Source of the DNA: Catajapyx aquilonaris
Lineage: Eukaryota
Length of the DNA stretch: 20,000 nucleotides
Direction: 5' to 3'
Assembly: GCA_000934665.2 (NCBI GenBank)
Contig: KZ538436.1
Span: forward strand, 50,302-70,301
Shown here: positions 1-11,167 of the stretch, in pieces
Position numbering within the stretch: the stretch's first letter is position 1
Layout of the letters: each line of letters begins with the position of its first letter
The notes under the pieces: model-generated
The model's database searches: none
Told to the model about the DNA's origin: nothing
Seen by the model: the letters and a program-made list of their open reading frames with translations, nothing else
Made by a program: the position numbers and the translations under genes

Positions 1-2199
1 GTTTTGGCAATTACAAATGGCTGCCAGCGACAATAGTGTCCTCCAAATAACTGATTCCTCAAAAAGTAGCTAGGCTTAGTTTATAATAGGTGAGTGGTAA
101 TGTGTGTGCTTAAGCTTGTGCATTTGAATCATGTGGACGTGTTTGCAGCTAACGCACAACAACGCCACTAGTACAGCCTGTTTCGTCCTGCGTCATCAAG
201 GTGATCAATCATAGCAGCCCCGGTTTTAATAATAGGCTACATGCCCAGCCGGTGGCGAGCTATACACGCCTAATGAACATTAAAGTATATACTTGGGTCG
301 TTGACCTGTCCTGGTGGACCAAAAAAATTGTACATAATTTCCGTCGATTGTCATTGTTTGTGCGACACAAAAATCGTTGTGAGAGCCTGGTTTTTGCAAC
401 CAAAGCAAGCAATCAGGTAATGTTGTGTACATGGGTATGGTGCAAAACTGGGCTCCAATTAGAATCTGGCAGTGGAAAAGCATTGTCTCCCCGACATGGC
501 CACTGGATATAGGACCCGCTAATTAATCATTTTGTCTTTTAGACCTTCATAATATGCTGTGGGTGCTATTGACTGCGATTTATGATTCCATCGATATCAA
601 GCAGTATTTGGAAGCACATGACATTTATCATGACTGTTGCAGATGCTGAGGTCGATGGGATGGATGAATTTCCGTATTGGCTCCCAATGCCATTGGAATC
701 CCACGCCATACTAAAATTGCCCTCCCATATTGGATAGGATTGAACCCGCCAAAAACCGGACGTACATTCTGTCCCGGTACGGTCGCCACACTATACCATG
801 CATCCAAATCATGCAAAATATTCCACCACCTCCTGAGACCCACGCATTTGACACATTAAGAGCTACCGGTATTTTGTTACGCTTGGAAACGTCCAGCATG
901 CAACCATCCATCTCAAGCTAGAATATTACAATGTACGTGATTCCAAGCGCATTCGAACTGTGAAGGAGAACAAGGCTACCTTGTAATGAGTATTCCAGTC
1001 TCATCTGTCTTCCTGGCATCCTGCAACTTGTCCATCTCCAAGAAGTGGGCAGTATCTGAAATGGTAACCAATAATCTTGATAGTCAACCACAAGCAGGTT
1101 TATTCATTACTTTGACTAATGGTTGGGTCTGGACTTAAAAATCTTCCAAGAAAGTGTGTGTGGACTAGGTGGCTTTTTGTGGCCAATCAATGTGACATGA
1201 GCACCAGCATGGGGAGGTGGAAAAAGGAGTAGTTTGTTGGTATGCAGGCCCCCATCCTGCTTCCTTCATTGGTACGCGACTGGTTCTCTGGGGCTGCAAC
1301 AGCCCTCCTCCACTTCGGATGATGGCTTTTGCCTCACCAAGTCACCAACTTCAAACCACACCTAGGAATCCCCCCTACCAATCTACCCATTTTTTTGAGG
1401 GTCCATGTTCCACCTCGACTTTGCTGTTGAATATTCATACCGCACTTGGATCATGACTCCAAACATTATCAACGATCATTGAATAATGATAATTCCGCGA
1501 TTATGTTACGCGCTATAAATTATATACAATAGTGTTAGACCATGCTACAAAATTATCAGCTAGTCGGGAGCTCCCATATCCTGCACCCAGCGCAAACTTG
1601 TAGTCGTCAGTGCAAACCCCCTTCCATAATCATCCGTAATGGACACAAAGTTTGCAAGCAAATCACGTGTCGGTGAGGAATGTACGTGGCTGTTTATAAA
1701 TCGCCTAGTGTAATAAGGGTTACGTACTAGGATGATTATGCAATTTGTGCGAATGAGTTCTGCTCCATTCACCAAATTGTTCAGGAAGGTTCTGAAACTG
1801 AGTGATAGCTGGTGAGTCGCTGCACTCGTCGCATCTGTTATTTAACACTTTAGCCTCATCAATTCCATTCCTATACATTTTGCACTTGTCTGCAAAAAAA
1901 AGTCATACGGTCGGAGAGCGGCCATTACTTTTTTTTCAGCCCCATTTAACAGTTTGGAGAATTTGTTGAATAATGCACGCGGTCCAATTTCCTTCTCCAG
2001 GCATAGCATATAGACAAGGCGTATAGTGTTAGCAACAAAAGCACTATGTACCTTCCAGTTTTTTTTTTCTGTCGTCTCCTCGGTTCCCCATCCGAAGACT
2101 GAAGGCGATGTGAAGAAAAGTGCCCGTCTGGAAATCCATCATCCCTCTTCTTTCTTCCACACCATTGCAGGCCTATAGGGAGAGTGCAGGTGCTCTTCT

Positions 2200-2271
2200 C
2201 CCAAGCAACTTTTGATTAATACTATGACAGGCAGGGAGAGACCACAAAAACAAATCTATATTGATTCGCTA
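2200..2271 (+). mobile_element. Possible decayed RTE-clade LINE ORF C-terminal fragment
   Basis: In-frame PKQLLINTMTGRERPQKQIYIDSL resembles the RTE C-terminal PKQLL...G.R..GRP...Y.D.L pattern. The match is short and imperfect. Confidence 0.2.
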
Positions 2272-3561
2272 GTCGGGATTTTTGCTAGGGGTTAAGTGAG
2301 GGGTAGGGACAACACCTGCTCAGACTCCCAGAGGATCACTAATGAAGACCTACTAATTGGCACTATGGCCACATAGGTAGAAAATATCCGGTCTGATTTC
2401 CAACCGTGCAAAACTGGCGCCAAATTCAAATTGGATATGACTAGAAAAATAATTGCCGTACTTCTGAAAAATGGCGCTGGTGAATCCGAAATGATAAAGC
2501 GGTCGGAAAGGTGCAAATGTGATGGGGACTTTATTTACGTACGTTTCTACAGGTGATTCATCTCGACACACGCTTGAACATTGGGGAGGGCCCAGGTATA
2601 TACATATATAAAAAAACACGTCCTCTGGAAAGACAATGAAATATCGGTATTATTGTCTTGTGAAAGAACACGCGCCGACTTTTCATAGTTTCTTGAAAGC
2701 CGCGCATTTATTCTACCGGACATTTTTGGGACACTGGTCAACTCGAAAATGGCTGGTCCTACTTGGAATGTAGAATTTTTGTGTGGGCCCCCCAGGCTAC
2801 AGAGTGGCGCCCAAAGGAAAGAGACCGATGGTAAGACATTCGACCTGGTTCTCCCCCTGAAGGCACTACAGTTCATCAGCACAAACTTTGGTTAATCGCT
2901 CTCTCTTACGGCTTCATCAACTTACTGTCTTCGCAAATTTATTACCACAAATAGTCTCCGACTCTGACACGGCAAACGTGCTGATTACTTTTTACGCTTT
3001 CCCCCCCTTCTACCGGCCCTTTTTATCTCCACTCTTCTTCTCACCCTCGCCGGACTGCTAAGAGTAAGTAATTTTCTTGCAATATAAATAATTGGCCATA
3101 AATTTGGTTGTTGTCTCTTCGTGACTCTTGTGACGCGCTTCGGAACCGCCTCTTGCCCCCCTCCCCCCCTTTCCCACAATCTTACATCTTCCATAACAGG
3201 CAGGTGAGGCTGTCATCTTTGGAATCACCGGAATGTTCAAGATGGAACTACCTTTTAATTTTTTTTGGGTAGAAATAGAGGCCCTACTTCATATTCATAA
3301 AGCGTGAGGATACATTTCTGACCCCATTGTTTGTGCCCAATTTCTTGGAAGACACTGAAAACTTTAGGGGTATAAAAATATTCACTAAGCTGCATCAATT
3401 TTGGGACAGTTTTTTAAAATGCACCTGAGTGAATAAATGTATGCACCTACTCGTACATAAACCAGTTTTATTGACACTAAGAATATTTTTATGCATTTAA
3501 AGATTTCAGTATATATGAACAGTCCCTAACAGTACCCTCCCTAAAACACAAAAATCTTCGT

Positions 3562-3575
3562 CCCCCCCNCCCCCC
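3562..3575. other. Poly-C run containing an ambiguous base (probable assembly junction)
   Basis: C7-N-C6, followed by TTC and a poly-A run. It is flanked by a direct repeat AAAAATCTTCGT at 3550-3561 and 3586-3597. Confidence 0.75.
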
Positions 3576-4077
3576 TTCAAAAAAAAAAAATCTTCGTGTT
3601 AATCCGATTCCACAGTAGCCTGTATTCCTGGGCGTAGTTGCCCAAACAACGTGTCACCCTCATTGTATCGGATAATAGAGAGCCAAGCAGCGATCCGCAA
3701 CACACTGGGAGGCACCACAATAAATAAACAAATGAATAAATCTTAAAAGAGACTGGGGTTGACTCCAATCTGGTCGGAATCAATGCCGAGTTTGCAGCAT
3801 GAGGGTTCTTGCACAACCAAAACCCTCTCTGGTTCTCTCCCAAATAATAAAGTCGTCGAGATTTGGGGCCCCCTTTGTGCGGGGGCCGGCGAGGTAATTT
3901 CCGGGCGTGTCTCCACAGTGCAGCGGCGGCCGTCGACGAAAGTTCCCAAAACTCCGACGGAAGTTGTCGCCACGGGAGCAACCCTCCACCGTCCTGCCTC
4001 ATTTACCGCACTCACGGCTTCAGGGAATAGGAATACGAGGGGGGAAAAAAAGAACTCAAAAAAGTAGAGAATGGGGA

Positions 4078-4092
4078 GGGGGGGNGGGGGGG
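4078..4092. other. Poly-G run containing an ambiguous base (probable assembly junction)
   Basis: G7-N-G7, with the N at 4085. Confidence 0.75.
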
Positions 4093-4304
4093 AATACCCC
4101 CCTCTGTCTAACCCCCACGCTTACTGGATGATGCATATGCTGTGCGCGTCAAAAGTGCGAACAAAATGAAACCGGTCTGTAATAGGCACAGTACTATGCT
4201 AAAAATTAATTCGGTTTTACACTCCGAATAGTAGGCCTACATATAAACAAAATCAAATGTGGTGGCAGTCCCCAGACATAAATAGGCAAAAAAAATTATC
4301 GTGA

Positions 4305-4362
4305 TATCTGTAAGCCGTAAATTTTATATCCTATAGGATATAAAATTTACGGCTTACAGATA
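4305..4362. repeat. Perfect 58-bp palindrome (29-bp arms, no spacer)
   Basis: TATCTGTAAGCCGTAAATTTTATATCCTA|TAGGATATAAAATTTACGGCTTACAGATA. I checked it base by base: the centre lies between 4333 and 4334, and symmetry ends at 4304/4363. Confidence 0.97.
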
Positions 4363-5090
4363 GCAAGCTTAACTGATTCTGACAGTTATTGCACTTGTAT
4401 TGAATATTAGTGCTGTAATTATTTAGGCTCATCAGCTAGGCCTGAGGGGGTGCGATGAAGATAATGTGTACCGTCGTGAGCAAAAATGTTGCTAACAGCC
4501 AATTTTAATTTAATTTACGCCCCCCTCCTAATCAGGTAAATTCACATTACATGAATGAGTTACTATAGTACAGCGGTTTTTCGGGTTAGTATGTTGAATG
4601 GTGGTTTTTTTAAAAAAACCTTGCAGAAACATTAAAAAGCAGCATCTAATTGAATGGGCGACTGCAATAAATCTACTCTAGGAGCTTAAAAAGCAATAAA
4701 AGACGAGACCAATTGTTGTTTTCTATCACAGGAAAAGTTGCTGGCGCAGATGTAAGGGCAACCCGCAACACAAAAGCATTTAGAGTCTGCGTGTAATCAG
4801 AACCCGAAAAAAAAGGCTCCGGATGGTGGAAAAAATCTGGCCGCACAAAATCCCAGCAAGCTGAGATGGAATCTGCTAATAACACTCCCAGGCCCAGCGA
4901 CCATTATGAATTGTTCCCAAGAAGGGTGAAATTCAGCAACGTTGCTTGCTAAGCCTGCATTATGTGTGTAGGGAATGGTAGGAGAGGGAGAGGGGGGGTT
5001 GTTCCTATAGAGAAACTGGGAATGCAATCCTTCTTGTGAATGTTCCGTATTCATCGGAAAACATCAATATTCGAAGTACAGGAGAGAAAA

Positions 5091-5119
5091 GGGGGGCAAA
5101 AGGGAGGCGGGGATAGGGG
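5091..5119 (+). other. Potential G-quadruplex-forming sequence
   Basis: G6-CAAAA-G3-AGGC-G4-ATA-G4 fits the canonical pattern of four G3+ runs with 1-7 nt loops. Actual folding is not shown by the sequence. Confidence 0.5.
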
Positions 5120-5707
5120 AGGAGGACAAGGGAAGGTTGTTCTTCTGTGGTGCATTCCACCAAGGCCCAGACTATTATTTATACATGCACATCGGCGGAG
5201 ATGGCTCCAGCTACCACACAAAGGAACCTAAGATGCCCTACATTTTTCATTTTCGGATTTCGGAGAGACAATAAACGTAAAGCTCCGGGGCAAGGGAAGG
5301 CATTAATAAAAATGTCAATTCTGTCAGTGCTAATGCCCGTAATCTGTTTTCAGCGGGTTCTAAATACATTCCTCTGCAACGCTTGGCGCGAGTTTTCCAG
5401 TAGCTGTTTGGGTGGGGGGGTGTTGCCAGGGGTGGGTAGTTTGCAGTGTAAAAAAAAAACTATTGCTTCTTTTTGCAGGCGAGAAAAGATCTTGTCAACG
5501 CAACACCTCTGCACCCCTGGATTCCTTGTCTCCGGCTAATCTACTTCACAAGGTGCAGCCTCCATGAGATAAGTAGCTGGCGAATTATTTTCAAATTTTG
5601 GTGATGATTACATAAATATTGGCTAATAATAGCGTAAACGAGCTCGCGTCCAAAATTTGTTGTTGTTGCCAATCTGGGTCGTTGAAAGTTGTGCTATTTA
5701 TTTTCAG

Positions 5708-5751
5708 AAATGGCGGCCGGTTCGCACCTCTACTGACGCCATCTAGAGGTG
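5708..5751. promoter_or_regulatory. Adjacent YY1-like and CTCF-like motifs
   Basis: AAATGGCGGC (5708-5717), and CGCCATCTAGAGG (5737-5749), which has one mismatch to YGCCMYCTRSTGG. Confidence 0.35.
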
Positions 5752-6349
5752 GACAGGGGCCATCCTTTTTGGTTCATTTTGTGGACGTGTGACACAGGAA
5801 TTTTTCTAGAGAGGGGACGGACTTGCTTTTAATTCATGCAACTGCCTCCTGGCTTTTTTCTCTTTTTTTCTCCCTTTTTGGGAGCCACCTTTTCCTTCCC
5901 AGGCTGCCATGTCAAAACGAAGGTCAAAACGTTGAGGGGGAAGGAGGTTGTACCATGGCCAACAGCTGCTTGGCCGCTTCACCTTGCCGGTTGGTCCGAC
6001 CCTCCAGCCACCACAACAATGGCGCCCTACGTTTTCAGGCTGGGTAACAACAAGGAAGCCATGTTGAAAATTGGGATGAATAAAGGAGGGATTCGACTTT
6101 TCAGGCCATATAATTCCAGTTGCCAGTAATATTAGTGGAGGATTAAAGGTCATTTTCAAAAATTCTAACACCATATAAAAATTACTACTTTGTTGGGGAG
6201 CGATAAAGAACAGTTAGTGAACAACCCTGTTTTTTGTCCTTTTTGCAGTCATGCCTACAGTTACAGTCACGGAATCAAGTCCGACACGTGCTATGCACGT
6301 AACTACACAGAGAACATAAATAATTGATGTGGCCACTAATTGGCGTTGT

Positions 6350-7500
6350 GTGTACGTTTTTTTATTGCGATAAAAATGTGTGAACTTAGATACTTTTTTT
6401 GCAGAGTGGAATTCTTCATTTATTCAGACACTGCATATTTCTGAAAATTTTGATATTATCTGTGCAATTATGTTCCCTAAATTATTCTGGGCGATTTTCA
6501 CTTTCCCTCCAATGAAAATAATGTTCCATATGCATTTTGTCCAAATATTTTTTTTCATATATCTCAGTAAAGTAATTTTTAGAGAAATAACTTGTATTCA
6601 ACGACATGAGTACAAATTACTTTGAATAATTGAATTGAAAATTATGGTCCCACAAAGATGTGGGCAATATTTTAAGTACAGAAATAAAAATATATTTAGC
6701 ATAAAATACGCGAAAGTAAATAATACACCCAACTGTTACATGTAATAATAATGTCGAATAAATTCGTAAGCCACTACAATTTGTAAATTTGGTCTAAATT
6801 TTCTAAATTTTGTGCGGAAACGAAACCGCCGTAATTATCCAACCGTAATTATTTATTTCCTCCATTATATTACTATGACTTATACTTTAATGTCACTACA
6901 TTTCATCATACACAACAAGATATTTTTCGGTCGTTACCATTACCACATATTTTTTTAAGGCGTTAAGATTACACTTATGAAAACCCCCAGACTTTCATAA
7001 TACGGGGGAAAATTACCACTTTGATAATTCTACACAGTTGCAAGTTTAAATAAGCTTTTCTTGAAATTTGGGTTAAATTACAGGTTTACAACTTTATTTT
7101 CTAAATTACGGAGACACCAATTTAGTGTAACTCATGTTACCAATTCAAATAAGTCTATTGTCAATTTAAATGCATGACCCTCGGATGTCGGAATCTGTTG
7201 CAATAATGGCAATAATATTCTAGTGGTACAGTCATCTTAAAACTCGTGATACTTGCAAGTGTGTAATATTATGAAGACGGTAATTTTATTCTCCACATTG
7301 TGAAGGTGTTTGCAAAATAATAAGTATTATCTTAACACATGCGAAAATTTTAAAATCGTAACACTATAATGATAAGAAATTATTATATTAGTTTCTGGTG
7401 AAATGTAATATCATTAATGCAGGAAATTAATTAAATGGTTGGAAAATAATAACTTTCGTTATTACTCGATTTGATTAGTTACCGAATATTGACCCAATTA
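6350..7500. other. Strongly AT-rich non-coding segment with recurrent GTAATT/AATTAC motifs
   Basis: Visibly more AT-rich than its flanks, with almost no ORFs in the track. CCGTAATTAT occurs twice (6829, 6843), and the inverted core AATTACGG is at 7104. Confidence 0.6.
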
Positions 7501-10500
7501 TCCAGTATACTTCTGACATAGGCACGTGTTTTTTTTGCATCATCATAATTATACGCAAGTGGTAAAAACAATCAGCCTAAAAAGTTCAACCTGGAATAAA
7601 TCATCGACATGTGCCGCGATCCCATGCGTGCCAGAATGTTTCGTTCGCGTTACTATTTCCGAACAAGCACATTCCCAAATGCCACGCCCTTCTTACATTG
7701 TTACCCAACATGCTTTCCAAGTTAAAAATATGACCCCAACCGAGCGAAAGACACTTCCTCCAACATTCTCAAATTTCCGTTTCCGCTCCGCCTCGACTTG
7801 AAAATAACCATCATTTCAAATGCACATAAATCCTACACCCTGACTCCCTACTACTCTGTTACAGGCCGTCAAAAAAATATGTCTGGAACCTTCCAAAAAA
7901 AGCGCAAAATAGTTCAGAAATTGGCATTTCAGAAGCGACACATCGGATCCGACAAGTTTTCCGATGGACACAGTTTGACTAATTTTTTTCAGCCCAACTA
8001 GTGGACATATCAAGCCGGTTTATGTCACAAACTTTACATCAATTTGTACATAACCCCCTGCCTAATTCAATTCTGCTATCAAATCATCCAATCCTAATCA
8101 AGCATCAATTTTAAACGCAATATCAAAGCCTACATACCATTCTCAATCCCCCTAAAAAATACCTCCCCACCCTGTTAATGAAGTCACATGCACTCTCCAG
8201 CTAATGAAGTTCCCTCAGACGTTGTTGAAACGTTCACTTAAATCGTCGGCAAACCCTAGGTCACAATTGGAGCAATAAAACTAATTTTGTGGGCTTGTAA
8301 TGGCCCATTCGGCGCGTTTAGCACGCAGTTAAAACAATAAACCCCGGGCGATAACCAGCCTGAAACCCTCATAAAGTCTCGTTTCTTTTTTTTTCTTTCT
8401 GTTCCAGCTCGTGTCATGAATGTTGAAGTAGGTTTTTTTTTTTAAATAAAAAAATGGACTTAGTCCGCTTAAGAAGGTGAGGAAATTGTGTCAAGCATGG
8501 GCTGTTTTGGAGGGACTTTCGGCGGAATGTTTCCCGGCTTGATACGCTTCCTGTGGCCCGCTCTTTGGGATGGCGGTTGTCCCTCACTGAATACCGGTGC
8601 CTGCATCGGGCGGTGTTCACAAAAGAGCTGTGAATTTTATGCGGAAGCGACAGGATTTATGCGGTGGGTTGTAAATCGTCACTTTTTTTTTGGAGCCAGA
8701 TTTGTCAAGGTAAGTGCAATATGGAACCCTTTTGGAATCACCTTGTAGTGCTTAATGTGACAATGTTCTTATATAATTTATGCCAATATTTACGGAGTAA
8801 AAAGAGCGGGTGCCCCCTCCATTATTGACCATTTGTGTGCGAGAGCGATATATCACTGTTGCAGGATAGAGCGGGACGCGCTATCTTAACCACCCTACGT
8901 CATGATTATTGTCAAGTACATGGAATGCAATATAAACCTATCCACGGCCGGGTATTATCAGCCTTAATTTTCAAATGTCACTCTCAACTTGTCTATTGAT
9001 TACGTCCATCTCCGGTGATATATTTTTTAGTACACTGTAAGCATTTATGGCCTCCAGAGGAAACATGATTATGGAACCGGGCACTTGCTCAAATGTAATA
9101 GCAACAGATTGTCATTGTGGTGCGGGCTATGGGAAAACGATAGACCTGGACTTCCCCCGTGCGGTGACCTCAAATCGGTCAGAAATGCATGTTTGTGACT
9201 TGCCTTTGGACATGGGAAATTACAAATAGCGCAAGTGTACTCAAGGGCTGGTGCAAATGGCATAGCACATGGGAAATTCATCACCCGGAATGCCGAGCTT
9301 GCGTTTTATTTTTTTTCTCCTCCTCCTTTTCTTTTCTTGCCTAGCTGTAGCCAATCTATAACTGCAGTGCATTAGTACATTTCCGAGCTACATTGTGACA
9401 CAGTGTATTTTTCATCCTAACGGGAGCTTTGTTCAAGAAAGGAGGGAAGAAATATGACGGAAAATATTTTAAGATTTTCTCCATTCCTCCCCATTTCGCG
9501 ACCGAGACGAACTAGTCAACCAAGCATCACAACATGGCCTCCACAAAAAAAAAATATTATCAGCAAACACATGGGTAGTGATCGACAATATTCTAATCAC
9601 GTGTAATAGCCAGATAATTCGTCATCACGGCATCATGGTATGAAGGTCACTATTTGGTTTCAGGAACCATTTCCATCTCGCTTGATTTGCAATGCTGATC
9701 CTTTCTGACTCGAGGCGACTCCCTACAGCATTCGCTTTTACCCGATTTAAATGGATTTACATAGTAATCATATTGGTGTTTGTATTCCCCAATCTTATTA
9801 CGTATGACAACACTACTGGGAATACGTAATACCGCGTCTTCTTTGTTGGAATACTAATCAAATTAAATTCTCACGGGTGGCGCATCATCCATGTAATTTG
9901 GGTTGCTTACTTACTGGAAAATCTCGTTAAAAGTGAAGAATTTCGCTGCCACCAAATTTTCTGCTGTCTATTTTGATAAGTAGGGTATATATACTGTAAG
10001 GTTCTGGGCCCGGGCCACTGGCTCGAGAAAAAACATGTGGAAACCAATTTTCCTGGCTTCGGGCTTTCGCCAAATGATGCAACTTTGTCACGAAATAACG
10101 CTCTCCTGCAGCCATTTTTGTTTATCCGACTGCTCGAAATTTTTGCTCATTTTTGCAGCCTTTTAAAAATATATCTGCTAGCGTCTTGGAGTGACACTAA
10201 AAAAACCAACCAGCCAGAGGCTATATAGGCAGACTGTGGCTATTTATTTTGTCTATTTAGTGTCAGTCTAACCCCCTCGCCAGCAGATACATCACAGTGA
10301 GAAATCTGATTGTATATATCTTCTGTCACAAGTTGGCTATAATGTCGTTAATCCATGCATTACACAAATTGTTGTCGCATGCCTCATTTACATTATCCCT
10401 ATCCTCATCGCACAGGACACAACATGTGGAGTATCATTGTTAGTCACCTGACAGCAGTTTAGTGGCAAAGGTGCTGTCATGTTGTATTTCACCACTCAAG

Positions 10501-11127
10501 CCTCTTTAGTAAGTCAAGCAGGGGGAATAAAAGTGGCCAACATTGTTCAGAGGCCGCATGGGACGACCTGCATCAATTTGTTGACATAAGTGTGCGTCCA
10601 TTCTTGCATGAAGATTTTTGGCGCCATTAATATGCCCTTTTGGCAGAAGCATCATGTATTTACATTTTTTGCCATGTCTCTTTTGCCGGACATGAAATTA
10701 CAATGTTTACAAGTATGTTGGCTGTTCAACTGTCAAAATTAATCGCTATTATCAACGCGATCAAAACTTAGGCAAGCTGTTCGTCGCAAAAAAAACGACT
10801 GCCACCGTGCAAATAATTCTGTCACACCAGAACAAAAGTTACAATTTGTCTAAATGTCAGGACCTGAAATTATATAAAAAAAAAATTCTTATCCACTCAA
10901 TTTCAACAATGATGCACTACAAAACCAAACGTATGTTATCAAAGCAACCGATTACATCTGACTCTCCATTTCCGCTCCATATTAGCGCACTTTTTCCTGC
11001 ACTAATTCCTTTCTGGCTGGCACAACGTGTGTGGTGCAGCAGCAATTGTGTCCAGATTGTATCAGCAGCTCAATTATCAATCACATCAGCTGCATCAATT
11101 TGAAATGTGTTCGACCACAACGTTGGA

Positions 11128-11167
11128 CCAATTAGGCCGCCATCATGTCTGACGTCATCTCCGGAAG
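11128..11167. promoter_or_regulatory. Dense promoter-type motif cluster (CCAAT, YY1-like, CRE, ETS)
   Basis: CCAAT 11128-11132, GCCGCCAT 11136-11143, TGACGTCA 11150-11157 and CCGGAAG 11161-11167 all fall within 40 bp. Confidence 0.3.

Noticed and set aside
2553..2595. 43-nt exon candidate (tttctacag|G...CAG|gtatat) spliced to 2689-2830
   Set aside because: All three phase combinations hit a stop codon, so the two segments cannot form a continuous internal CDS.
4305..4362. Protelomerase target site (size and TATC...GATA ends recall phage N15 telRL)
   Set aside because: The internal sequence is unrelated, there is no protelomerase or phage gene nearby, and the context is eukaryotic-like.
6975..7008. 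H-type pseudoknot (TTATGAAA/TTTCATAA stem, loop CCCCC pairing with GGGGG)
   Set aside because: The 3-nt connector looks too short to span an 8-bp stem, the stem is weak, and there is no coding or frameshift context.
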